The notes below the pieces were generated by a model. The model was not told the origin of the DNA, did not search any database, and was given only the letters and a program-made list of their open reading frames with translations. Shown here piece after piece: positions 39,887 to 48,961 of a DNA stretch of 64,000 nt; position 1 is the first letter of the stretch, and every line of letters begins with the position of its first letter. The position numbers and the translations under genes were made by a program. The stretch is from positions 1,184,001 to 1,248,000 of the forward strand of contig OY843584.1 in the NCBI GenBank assembly GCA_963692915.1, in the 5' to 3' direction. The DNA is from Cenarchaeum sp. GTDB lineage: Archaea > Thermoproteota > Nitrososphaeria > Nitrososphaerales > Nitrosopumilaceae.

Positions 39887-40096
39887 CTAGTCCCAGTCAT
39901 CATCGGTTCCGGCGCGGCGCGCATCAAGGTTGCCAGCATAGTCGGCAAGAATGTCCGAATATGCCGGATTTGCGTGAGCCACCTCGCGGACATAGTCACC
40001 ATAGGGCATATCAAGGCCGCACGACGCGCATGACACGCGCGCGTATCCGGCGCTAAGCTCGGCGCTTGCCTTGCACTTGTGGCACCTGATCTTCAT
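39887..40096 (-). CDS. Small zinc-ribbon protein (69 aa)
   Basis: CHKC..CASCG..Y.DY. Confidence 0.7.
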   Translation of the reverse strand: MKIRCHKCKASAELSAGYARVSCASCGLDMPYGDYVREVAHANPAYSDILADYAGNLDARRAGTDDDWD

Positions 40097-40320
40097 GCGC
40101 GCGCAGCGCGGTCCGTCTCCTATTATACGTGTGCAGTGCCGTCGACCATTGGAGGGCCGCCCCTAGCGGCGCCCCGTGCCGAACCTGCCGGCAGCACGTA
40201 GTGCAGCCAAAACCCGCCGAGCCACCATGTCCACGAGACTGCCAAAGGTGGCTCATGGTGGCCATTTCCACGCCTGTGCCAATGGACAGGTTTAAACGAT
40301 GGGGCACTTGTGAGCCTGCC

Positions 40321-40575
40321 ATGGGCAAGGTAGTCAGAATCGGCGGACGCGGCACCTCACGAAGGGTTGCCGAGAAGAGCCCCGACAACTGGTCCGGTGA
40401 CAGCTTTCGTGACGTGGCGCGCCAGCGCAAAGAGTCTGCAAAGGACGCATATGTCACGGTAGGCCGAGGCACAAAGAAAGTGAAGTTCGGTGACCTAGCC
40501 GAGTCGCGCAGCGTATCTGCAAAAGGACGATACGTAGTCAGCGGCAGAGGCACCGGGCGTCGAAAGGTAAGCTAG
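40321..40575 (+). CDS. Small basic protein with three GRGT repeats (84 aa)
   Basis: ATG 30 bp after TTTAAA; IGGRGTSRR, VGRGTKKVK, SGRGTGRRK. Confidence 0.7.
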   Translation: MGKVVRIGGRGTSRRVAEKSPDNWSGDSFRDVARQRKESAKDAYVTVGRGTKKVKFGDLAESRSVSAKGRYVVSGRGTGRRKVS

Positions 40576-40593
40576 GCCAATAGGCGCTTTTCA

Positions 40594-42474
40594 TTATTTT
40601 GATTGTTCGACAGCGGACGCTATGAGTCGTCTTAGCGCAGAGCTTACGCGCTCGCCGGCAACCCTTCCGCGCAGCCGTTCCATCGCGCGACCCATGAGCA
40701 AGCCTGTCGCGCGCTCGCGCTGTTCGGCTATGGCATCGGCATTCTCGGCGATGATCTCGCCGAGTATTTCGTCGAGTTCCGAGTCGCCGATGGTGTGCGC
40801 AGTTGCGCACTCTGCTGCAGTAGACGCCCTTCCCGACATTATCTCCTCGAATATCATCTCGATCGACTCCTTTGCGACCTCGCCTCGCGAGAGCATCGCA
40901 AACGCGGCATCAACCTCACCGTCTGGAAGCGGCGAGTCTAGTCCACGGCGCCGCAGTGCCGTTATGGTCGAGACTAGTGCCGATGCTGCAAAGTTTGCCT
41001 CGATCGACGGGTATGACACTATGCGCTCAAAGATCCCAAGACGTTCAGAGTCCATGAGCTGCTCGGCAAGCTGCGCGTTGAGTGAGTGTCGTTTCTGGAG
41101 CTCGGCGAGCGCGTCATCCCATGGCTGCGGGACTGACGCGTGTGCGGCGTTGAGCTCATCGCGCGATATTCGTAGTGGCGGTACGTCAGTCTCCGGATAC
41201 ATCCTTGCCGCACCAGGCCGCGGCCGGAGGTAGGTAGTCTTGCCATCTGGTGTCGCCATGCGCGTCTCGGCCGGTGCGCCATGTCGTGCGGCGTTTAGGC
41301 GCTCACGCAGCGCGCGCGCCGCATGCTCTGCTACGGCCGGCTCTACGGCAACCATGACAAACGCGTCACCCTCCCCGAGCCCAAGGAACTTGCGTATCTC
41401 GCCGACCTCCTCAGCAGATATGCCATGGGCGGGCAGCTCGTCAGAATGAAAGACGCCGCGCGCGCCCAGTGGCTTTACGGCGCCGGCGAGCTCGCGGCCT
41501 AGGCGAAATCCAGGGCGCGGCTCGAGGGATATCATGCCGGCCAGACCGCGCGCCCTTATGCAGACGACAGACTCTCCGCGCGCGAATGCCTTTTTGAGAA
41601 TCTCCGAGGCGGTGTGAGCCAGGATGCGCGTGACGTCAAACGTGTCGTCTTTTCCAATCTCGGTCATGTCGCGAACCTCCTGCCTTGCGGCAAGCTCGGC
41701 GAGTGCGGCGTGCCTCTGGGCCTCGTATGCCACGACACGTTCGAGCTGGTCAAGCTGCTGCACGCCCTTTACCTCGACTACAGCCCCGCCGTCAAGGGAG
41801 ACGTTGACATCCTGGCGTATGGAGCCCAGGCCGCGCCTGACGCGGCGCGTCGAGCGCAGGAGGCGACCTAGCGCAAGGGCGACTGCACGCGCGCCGGCAC
41901 CATCAGTGGCCACCGGCGCAAGCGCAATCTCGACGAGCGGGACGCCGAGGCGATCAAGGCTGTATGTCCCCTTTTGGCGCTCCCCCTCCAGCTTGCGGGC
42001 CGCATCCTCCTCGAGGCAGATCGACTGGACGCCAACGCTCATTCCCGCAACGTCTATTGTGCCACCGGCTGAGACCATCATCGTTCGCTGGAATCCGGAC
42101 GTGTTTGAGCCATCGATGACCATCTTGCGCATCGGGAGCAGCTCGGCGAAGGGAGTCGAGTCGAGTGCGGCAGCAACGGTAAGCGCGATCGACTTGGCGT
42201 CAGGATCCAAGCCCCGCGGCGGCATCTCGTCGCGCTCGAGCGCACAGCTGCTCGCCGGACTCGCGCGGTACGTGAACTCTTGGGCGCGCGCACCCTCAAA
42301 GACTGCGGCGCGGTCATACGTGCCAGTCTCGCTTGCCGCAGCCCTAAGCCTTCGCGTAAACTCGATGGCACCGTCATCGGACTCGACTGGCGCACATGAG
42401 CAGAAGAGCTTGCGCCCTGTGTCGAGCTGCTGGTGAACCTCGAGGCCGACGAGGAGCCCGCGCGGGGCGCTCAT
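40594..42474 (-). CDS. gatE: Glu-tRNA(Gln) amidotransferase subunit E
   Basis: GLEVHQQL, IDGSNTSGFQRT, RMYPETD. Confidence 0.97.
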   Translation of the reverse strand: MSAPRGLLVGLEVHQQLDTGRKLFCSCAPVESDDGAIEFTRRLRAAASETGTYDRAAVFEGARAQEFTYRASPASSCALERDEMPPRGLDPDAKSIALTVAAALDSTPFAELLPMRKMVIDGSNTSGFQRTMMVSAGGTIDVAGMSVGVQSICLEEDAARKLEGERQKGTYSLDRLGVPLVEIALAPVATDGAGARAVALALGRLLRSTRRVRRGLGSIRQDVNVSLDGGAVVEVKGVQQLDQLERVVAYEAQRHAALAELAARQEVRDMTEIGKDDTFDVTRILAHTASEILKKAFARGESVVCIRARGLAGMISLEPRPGFRLGRELAGAVKPLGARGVFHSDELPAHGISAEEVGEIRKFLGLGEGDAFVMVAVEPAVAEHAARALRERLNAARHGAPAETRMATPDGKTTYLRPRPGAARMYPETDVPPLRISRDELNAAHASVPQPWDDALAELQKRHSLNAQLAEQLMDSERLGIFERIVSYPSIEANFAASALVSTITALRRRGLDSPLPDGEVDAAFAMLSRGEVAKESIEMIFEEIMSGRASTAAECATAHTIGDSELDEILGEIIAENADAIAEQRERATGLLMGRAMERLRGRVAGERVSSALRRLIASAVEQSK

Positions 42475-43772
42475 GGCGAGAACTCCGATGAGATGCGCTC
42501 TAGCATGAGCGCCGTGACGTCCTCACGCGCCTCATGCTGTGAGAGCGCCCACATCGCCTTGACTAGTGCGGTCTCGGAGAGCATGTCGCGCAGTGGGACG
42601 ACTCCGAGCTTTTGAAGCTCGCGGCCCGACTCGTAGACGTTCATGTTCACCTCGCCGTCGCCGCACTGTGAGCACATTGCGACAAGGACGCCGCGCTCGA
42701 CTGCGCGCGATATGGCCTCGTGGAGTGTCCTGCCGACGTGGCCCAGTCCTGTTCCCTCTAGGATGACTGCGCGGCAGCCGCGCTCAACTAGCGTGTCTAG
42801 AGTTGCAGCATCCATGCCCGGATGGCACTTTAGCAGCGCGGCACGTGCGTCAACGCCGATTCGCGGGGTCGCATCATCGCTGGCCGCATATGCGCCCTGT
42901 GCGCCGCGCTCGATGCCCTCGCGCGTGACCGTAAATGCCGGCTTGCCGCCGACGGTCTCAAAGGCGCCGCGCGCGCTCGTGTGGCACTTGCGCACGCGCG
43001 TGGCCACGTGGCACGAGACGCGTCCGTCTGAGACCCCCTCGTGCATGACTACGAGGACTCCGGGTCCGGGCTTTGAGGCGATGAGGCGCGCAGCCGCAAT
43101 GAGGTTCTCGGCAGCATCCGAGGACGGCCTGTCTGATGACCTCTGTGACCCGACGAGGGCGACTGGAGTGCGCATGCCCGCGAGCGCAAATGAGAGGTAT
43201 GAGGCCGTGTGCTGCATCGTGTCCGTGCCGTGCGCGACGATGATGCCGTCATAGTCTCCGGCCGCATCGTGGATCTCGGTTGCGATCTGCACCCACATGT
43301 CCGGCTCGATGTTCTCGGACTGCTCGGACATTACGATGCGCGGCTCGATCTCGGCGAGGGCGCCAAGCTCGGGGACTGATGCGGCCAGGCCGGCCGCATC
43401 GAGGGCTGGCGTGACAGCACCGGTGACATAGTCTATCCTGCTTGCGATCGTGCCACCAGTCGAGAGCAATAGTATGCGCGGGAGTGCAGCCCCCCCACCG
43501 CTGCGTGTGCGGGCCGGTGTGGCGCTCGCATGGGCCACAGTGCCATTCTCGCCCTTTTTTACGAGCGTCGCGTCCCCCAGCCTCGAGGCCTCTACTGCAA
43601 CATTGTAGCCGCTTGGAACCTTTAGAACCACAATTCCGTCATCGCCGCCCTCATAGCGCGGCATTATGCGACCAGTGATGCCGTCGGCGCGTATCGTGTC
43701 GCCCACGCCGACCCCCACGGACTCGAGGAACGCAAGTGCCGTCTTGCCGTATCCGCCGGTGCCGTCCATCAC
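42471..43772 (-). CDS. gatD: Glu-tRNA(Gln) amidotransferase subunit D
   Basis: [23 protein letters not shown]. Confidence 0.97.
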   Translation of the reverse strand: MMDGTGGYGKTALAFLESVGVGVGDTIRADGITGRIMPRYEGGDDGIVVLKVPSGYNVAVEASRLGDATLVKKGENGTVAHASATPARTRSGGGAALPRILLLSTGGTIASRIDYVTGAVTPALDAAGLAASVPELGALAEIEPRIVMSEQSENIEPDMWVQIATEIHDAAGDYDGIIVAHGTDTMQHTASYLSFALAGMRTPVALVGSQRSSDRPSSDAAENLIAAARLIASKPGPGVLVVMHEGVSDGRVSCHVATRVRKCHTSARGAFETVGGKPAFTVTREGIERGAQGAYAASDDATPRIGVDARAALLKCHPGMDAATLDTLVERGCRAVILEGTGLGHVGRTLHEAISRAVERGVLVAMCSQCGDGEVNMNVYESGRELQKLGVVPLRDMLSETALVKAMWALSQHEAREDVTALMLERISSEFSP

Positions 43773-44107
43773 GCGCGCGCGTCCCCCAGCGTGTTATGAA
43801 AGCACGTGTCCTCGCCGGTATGGCATGCCGGTCCGGTCGGCTCGACCCTGTACACTAGTGCGTCTGCGTCACAGTCGACGAGTATCTCGGTGACCTTTTG
43901 GACGTTGCCAGACTCTTCGCCCTTCATCCATAGCTTTGAGCGTGACCTGCTGTAAAACCACGACCTCGACGTCTCCTGCGTGCGCCGCAGGGCCTCGGCG
44001 TTGGCATAGGCCAGCGTGAGAACCCTGCCGCTAGAGGCGTCCTGCACGATTACAGGGACGAGTCCGCCGCCCTTCTCAAAGTCGATCTCGGCTGCGCTGC
44101 GCTCCAT
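43769..44107 (-). CDS. hisI: Phosphoribosyl-AMP cyclohydrolase
   Basis: SRSR..LW.KGEESG, DCDAD, ACHTG..CF. Confidence 0.95.
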   Translation of the reverse strand: MERSAAEIDFEKGGGLVPVIVQDASSGRVLTLAYANAEALRRTQETSRSWFYSRSRSKLWMKGEESGNVQKVTEILVDCDADALVYRVEPTGPACHTGEDTCFHNTLGDARA

Positions 44108-44132
44108 GCGCCCGCCCCATGGCGCATTCGGC

Positions 44133-44927
44133 TTATAACCTTACAGGGATGCCGTGCGCGCGCAGCTCGCGCTTTACGGCCTCGACTCCCCTACCCTCAT
44201 AGTGGAATATTGATGCTGCCAGGGCTGCATCGGCGTGAGCGAGGACATCGGCCATGTGAGCCGCGCTGCCGCATCCGCCTGACGCTATGACCGGAACGCC
44301 TACTGCGCGCGAGACGCGGCCGGTGAGCTCGAGGTCATAACCCTTGCCGGTTCCGTCGCGATCCACGCTCGTGAGGAGTATCTCGCCGGCCCCGAGCTCA
44401 GCTGCGCGACGTGCCCACTCGATGGCATCGATGCCCGTCTGGCGCTTTCCGCCGTATGTGCGAACCTCAAACCACGATCCCGCATCAGGCTCGGCGCCGT
44501 CTGGCGCGGCGGCCATGTCATCGTTGCGCCTTGCGTCTATGGCCACGACGACACACTGGCGCCCAAAGAGGTCGGCCATGCGAGCCACGAGGTCGGGATC
44601 TTCGACTGCGCGCGTGTTGACGCCGACCTTGTCAGCGCCATGAAGGAGTATGTCGCGCGCGTCCTCGACTGAGGAGACGCCGCCGCCGACGGTGAACGGG
44701 ATGTCTATTCCGGCCGCGACGCGCGAGACGAGATCCACGACGGCGGCTCTGCGCTCCTGAGAGGCCGTGATGTCCAGAAAGACGAGCTCGTCTGCTCCGC
44801 CGGCGCTGTACGAGGAGGCAAGTTTCACAGGGTCGCCGGCGTCACGGATCGACTCGAACTGCGTTCCCTTTACGACGCGGCCGCCCTTGACGTCAAGGCA
44901 CGGTATGACACGCCGCGTCAGCGGCAT
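44133..44927 (-). CDS. hisF: Imidazole glycerol phosphate synthase subunit HisF
   Basis: [27 protein letters not shown]. Confidence 0.96.
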   Translation of the reverse strand: MPLTRRVIPCLDVKGGRVVKGTQFESIRDAGDPVKLASSYSAGGADELVFLDITASQERRAAVVDLVSRVAAGIDIPFTVGGGVSSVEDARDILLHGADKVGVNTRAVEDPDLVARMADLFGRQCVVVAIDARRNDDMAAAPDGAEPDAGSWFEVRTYGGKRQTGIDAIEWARRAAELGAGEILLTSVDRDGTGKGYDLELTGRVSRAVGVPVIASGGCGSAAHMADVLAHADAALAASIFHYEGRGVEAVKRELRAHGIPVRL

Positions 44928-45637
44928 GCGGCCTCCTTGGCCTCGCGAACGCCGAGCTGCTCGTCATATATCGCGCGCCCGAGTATGACGCCGTGCGCGC
45001 CGCGCTCGCGAACCGAGACGACATCAGCTGCGCTTGCGATCCCTCCGCTGGCGATAACATGCGCGTTGCGCGAGCACGCATCGGCCAGGAGGTTTAGCTC
45101 CGGACCGGCCATCATGCCATCACGATCCACGTCAGTCACCATAAACTCAGTCAGCCCGTCGGCCATGAGTGAGTCCATGGCGTCAGTCACCGAGGCACCA
45201 GCACTCGCGGTCCAGCCGCGCATGAGGACGCGTCCTGCCCTGTGGTCAAGTGACACGACGACGCGCGAGGGGCCCAGCGTGTCGCGCAGCCAGAGGAGCG
45301 CGTCGCGGTCGGCAAGGGCCATAGTCCCGAGCACTATGCGGTTGCGCGTGCCGGCCGCTGCTATTGCCGCGTTAATGTCACGCAGGCCGCCGGCGACCTC
45401 TACGGGGACGCGCGACTCGGAGGCCAGGCGCGCTATGGCCTCGGCGTTTGACCCGCGGCCAAGCGTTGCGTCAAGGTCGACTATGTGGATCATGTCAGCG
45501 CCCTCAGAGGCCCACCGTCGCGAGAACTCGGCCGGATCATCCCCGTATATCGTGCTCTGCTCAGGGTCGCCCTTGCGCAGACGCACGACTGCGCCGCCCA
45601 TGATGTCTATTGCCGGTATCACGATCAGCGCCGGCAC
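44918..45637 (-). CDS. hisA: ProFAR isomerase
   Basis: IPAIDI.GG.VVRL..G, HIVDLD, ASGG. Confidence 0.95.
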   Translation of the reverse strand: MPALIVIPAIDIMGGAVVRLRKGDPEQSTIYGDDPAEFSRRWASEGADMIHIVDLDATLGRGSNAEAIARLASESRVPVEVAGGLRDINAAIAAAGTRNRIVLGTMALADRDALLWLRDTLGPSRVVVSLDHRAGRVLMRGWTASAGASVTDAMDSLMADGLTEFMVTDVDRDGMMAGPELNLLADACSRNAHVIASGGIASAADVVSVRERGAHGVILGRAIYDEQLGVREAKEAACR

Positions 45638-46224
45638 GCCCCCACAAAGTTTGCGATCATCGTGCGGCCGGCAGCGCCTGACTTTTCGGGGTGAAACTGC
45701 GTGCCCACATAGCTGCCGCTCTGCACGATCGCCGGTATCCGCGCGCCATAGTCAGCCTCGGCTGCTATGACCGAGGCGTCAGTGGGGCGAGCCATGTACG
45801 AGTGGACAAAGTAGGCCCACGTGCCCTCAGGCACGCCGGCGGTGAGCATCGAGTCGGCCCCGAGCTCGAGGCTGTTCCAGCCCATGTGCGGAACCTTTAG
45901 ATCCGTCGGGAGCCTAATGACGTCACCGGCGATGATGCCCAAGCCCGCGAGGCTGCCCTCCTCGCTGCGCTCAAAGAACATCTCCATGCCGAGGCATATG
46001 CCGAGAACCGGCACGCCGGCGGCCCACTCGCCGAGGGTGGCCGAGTCGATCGTGCGCATTGCGGGATCAAAGCTGCCCACGCCGGGCAGGACGATCCCGT
46101 CATGCGTTCCCCGCGACGCCGGTTCTGTGACCGTGTCTACCGTCGCGCCGGCGCGCTCTAGGGCGTTGCGTATGCTAAAGAGGTTGCCAGCCCCATAGTC
46201 AAGAACCGCAATGGCCATGGTCAC
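45625..46224 (-). CDS. hisH: Imidazole glycerol phosphate synthase subunit HisH
   Basis: DYGAGN, LPGVG, GICLG, QFHPEKS. Confidence 0.96.
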   Translation of the reverse strand: MTMAIAVLDYGAGNLFSIRNALERAGATVDTVTEPASRGTHDGIVLPGVGSFDPAMRTIDSATLGEWAAGVPVLGICLGMEMFFERSEEGSLAGLGIIAGDVIRLPTDLKVPHMGWNSLELGADSMLTAGVPEGTWAYFVHSYMARPTDASVIAAEADYGARIPAIVQSGSYVGTQFHPEKSGAAGRTMIANFVGACRR

Positions 46225-46814
46225 ATCGTGCCCTTTGAGCTTGGCGGCCCGTCGCGCCGCGCGTCTGGCGTGGCAGCCTGGCGGAACGAGAGCGCAAGTG
46301 ACTTTATGGCCGCCTCGGCCATATGGTGCTCGTTTGTGCCGCGCAGAACGTCAACGTGCGCGCAGCACGCCATGGCCTTTAGCAGTGAGCTGAAAAAGTG
46401 CTCAAGGTCCTCGCGCGGCATTCCCTCGACGCGCTCTCCGGTGACTTTGAGCGAGACGTGCGAGTGCTGCCTGCGCACAAGGTCGACAGACGCGCGTGCG
46501 AGCGACTCGTCCATGGGCGCTGTCACCGAACCAAACCTGACTATGGAGTGGCGCTCACCTAGAGCCTCATCGAGGGCCTCGCCGAGGGCGATTGCGGCGT
46601 CCTCGGTCAGGTGGTGCGCAATGCTGTCGCGCGAGGTCGCGCGCATTGTGACGTCCACCATCGAGTGTTTTGCGAACGAGGCGACTAGGTGGTCAAGGAA
46701 TGCGTCCCCCGTCTCGACTTTCGAGTCGCCCCTGCCGTCAATGTTGACGCTGACAGTTATGTCTGTCTCGGAGGTCTTGCGGTTCCTGCTTGCCTCCCTT
46801 GACCCTGTTCCCAT
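46221..46814 (-). CDS. hisB: Imidazoleglycerol-phosphate dehydratase
   Basis: RKTSET, HHLTED, PMDE, NEHHMAE. Confidence 0.95.
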   Translation of the reverse strand: MGTGSREASRNRKTSETDITVSVNIDGRGDSKVETGDAFLDHLVASFAKHSMVDVTMRATSRDSIAHHLTEDAAIALGEALDEALGERHSIVRFGSVTAPMDESLARASVDLVRRQHSHVSLKVTGERVEGMPREDLEHFFSSLLKAMACCAHVDVLRGTNEHHMAEAAIKSLALSFRQAATPDARRDGPPSSKGTM

Positions 46815-47019
46815 GGATGCCGGTCGCAGGTGCCTAGCGATTTAAAATGTTCGAAATGTGCGCGCGTACAGGCACGGCGTGTCCTTACGCATTGAGGGGC
46901 GAGTATGAGGCGCTCGGCGTGCTGGCCATGGCCGCCTCCGCGTCAGGTAAAAATATGGCGCCGCGGGTCAGCGTGCCCGTGCCAGGGGCATTCGGATCGC
47001 AGACCGGCGTGTGGTGCGT

Positions 47020-47148
47020 ATGAGCGCAACAGAGCCCGTCACGTGCCCGCGCTGCTCAGAGACTATGAACAGAATGCAGGCCTGCCACCTAGTCTGCCCC
47101 AACTGTGGCGCACACCTTGACTGTTCGGACAAGGGAAGCTTTTGGTGA
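47020..47148 (+). CDS. CPxCG-type zinc finger microprotein (42 aa)
   Basis: MSATEPVTCPRCSETMNRMQACHLVCPNCGAHLDCSDKGSFW. Confidence 0.75.
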   Translation: MSATEPVTCPRCSETMNRMQACHLVCPNCGAHLDCSDKGSFW

Positions 47149-47171
47149 CAGTGCGGCGCAGACCGGCCCGC

Positions 47172-47345
47172 TCATATGCCGGGCCTGTCAGGGACATAGT
47201 CTGAGGACATCTCTTGCGCGCGGCCCTTCATCGACTCGATATACTCGTCATATCCGGACTCGTACCCGCATGCGCACTTTATGCGCGTGGCGTTCTCGTC
47301 AAGCTCGGCGTCACGGTCGCACTCGGGACAGCGTGCCCTGATCAT
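47172..47345 (-). CDS. Small zinc-ribbon protein (57 aa), paralog of 39887..40096
   Basis: MIRARCPECDRDAELDENATRIKCACGYESGYDEYIESMKGRAQEMSSDYVPDRPGI. Confidence 0.7.
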   Translation of the reverse strand: MIRARCPECDRDAELDENATRIKCACGYESGYDEYIESMKGRAQEMSSDYVPDRPGI

Positions 47346-47383
47346 CAGCAGTGCGCGCAGGCTCGGCCCAATATTAGCGTGTG

Positions 47384-48346
47384 CTAGAGCTCTGATATTG
47401 CCTTGCGTATGTCACGCCTGTCCGGCGCCGAGGGCACGAGGCGCAGATACTCTTCGAGATCTGCCCTAGCCCCGTCCTTGTCACCAAGCCCAATGCGCGC
47501 AATTCCGCGGTTCTTGTGTATCGGCCCAAAGCGCGTCGCGTTTATCGTAATCGCCGCAGTATAGCTGCGCTCGGCGGCCGCATTGTCACCGGCCTTTAGG
47601 TAATGGTTTCCGAGGCCGCGGTGCGCAAGGTAGCAGCGCACGTTGATCTCTAGTGCCTTTTCATAGTGCCCTATGCACTCGGCGCTGCCAGCCGCATTGA
47701 GCATGCCGCCCAAGAGCGAGTGGGCCGTAGAGTTTGACGCGTCTATCGAGATGGCGTCGCGAAGCATCGCGATGGCCTCATCGTGGCGAGACTGGAGATC
47801 CAGCCTCTCGGCCTCAAAGCACATGCGGTTGGAGCGCGCCTCCTCCTCACCGCCAAGCGAGAGTGAAGGCCCAATGTCAGGAGGCGCGATCGCGATTAGG
47901 AGCATGCCGTCCTCGCCCCACATCTCGGCAAACTGTGACTGCGGGATTGCCCCCAGCTGGAACTCGCCGCCCCCTCCGGACTCGGGGATATAGTGCAGGA
48001 TCGTCCCCTCCGAGTCGTCATATCCGGAGATGACCGAGGCGTGCTGAACAGTCTCGCGCAGGCCAGGCAGTATCACTATGGGCGGCACGCCGGCGTCTAT
48101 TGAGCGGCGCAGCGCGGCCATCGACGAGTGGTGAATCGAGCTCCAGAGGCCATGGGCCTCGGCTAGGCCGATGCCCTCGATGAGTATGCTCCCGCGCGCG
48201 CCGGCGTACCTTGTGGCGATCTTGCGCGCCTCGTCCATCGGTATCTCGACGCCCCAGTACCTGCAGACGGCGTTGACTGAGAGCGGAAGGCAGATGTTCT
48301 CCTCCTTGACCCTAGGCACCTCGAGGTCGCGCGCACTTGATGACAA
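47384..48346 (-). CDS. Peptidase C39-like domain plus TPR protein
   Basis: CLP.S..V..YWG, HASVISGYD, C-terminal TPR repeats. Confidence 0.8.
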   Translation of the reverse strand: MSSSARDLEVPRVKEENICLPLSVNAVCRYWGVEIPMDEARKIATRYAGARGSILIEGIGLAEAHGLWSSIHHSSMAALRRSIDAGVPPIVILPGLRETVQHASVISGYDDSEGTILHYIPESGGGGEFQLGAIPQSQFAEMWGEDGMLLIAIAPPDIGPSLSLGGEEEARSNRMCFEAERLDLQSRHDEAIAMLRDAISIDASNSTAHSLLGGMLNAAGSAECIGHYEKALEINVRCYLAHRGLGNHYLKAGDNAAAERSYTAAITINATRFGPIHKNRGIARIGLGDKDGARADLEEYLRLVPSAPDRRDIRKAISEL

Positions 48347-48393
48347 TGGCAGGGTGCGCGCCCCGTGCGCTATTAAAACCGATCACGATGCCC

Positions 48394-48948
48394 TCACGCG
48401 CGCGCAATCTCGCGCACAAACGTGGTGAGGAGGCCGGCGCCGTCACCGGACATCTCGGGGTGAAACTGTGTCCCGTACACGGGCGCGCCCTCTACGCGCA
48501 CGACCTCAAAGGCGCACGCATCCGAGGAGGCAAGCGCTGCCATCCCGTCCGGAAGGCGCGCGATCTCGTATGCGTGGCTCTCAAATGCGGCAAGTGTGCC
48601 CGAGCAGAGCGGATTCTCGGCCATGACCCTGACGGTATGGAGGCCACGGCGCGGGGCCGCCATGCGGCGCAGGGATCCCCCGCGGCACTGTGCGAGAATC
48701 TCGGCCCCGTAGCAGATTCCCAGGAGCGGCGTGCCGGTTTGGCACGCAGCACCAATGACGCGCGCGTTGACGGCATTGGAGATGCGGCTCGGAGCCCCAC
48801 GACCCGAGAGTACAAAGGCCGAATAGCGCAAGAGGGATGCCGTGTCTATGCGCGAGGGCACAAGGCGCTCAACCTCGCAGCCAAGAGACGAGAGGTGGGC
48901 ATCTAGCGCATCCGAGTATGCCGAGCCGTTGTCGACAAGGAGGAGCAT
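48394..48948 (-). CDS. Class I glutamine amidotransferase (GMP synthase subunit A-like)
   Basis: VDNGS, GICYG, QFHPE. Confidence 0.85.
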   Translation of the reverse strand: MLLLVDNGSAYSDALDAHLSSLGCEVERLVPSRIDTASLLRYSAFVLSGRGAPSRISNAVNARVIGAACQTGTPLLGICYGAEILAQCRGGSLRRMAAPRRGLHTVRVMAENPLCSGTLAAFESHAYEIARLPDGMAALASSDACAFEVVRVEGAPVYGTQFHPEMSGDGAGLLTTFVREIARA

Positions 48949-48961
48949 GGCGCCCCGGAAC

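Noticed and set aside
40219-40262. Alternative inverted repeats (GAGCCACC/GGTGGCTC and GCCACCATG/CATGGTGGC)
   Set aside because: They lie upstream of both flanking TATA boxes, and short GC-rich stems can arise by chance; no riboswitch consensus.
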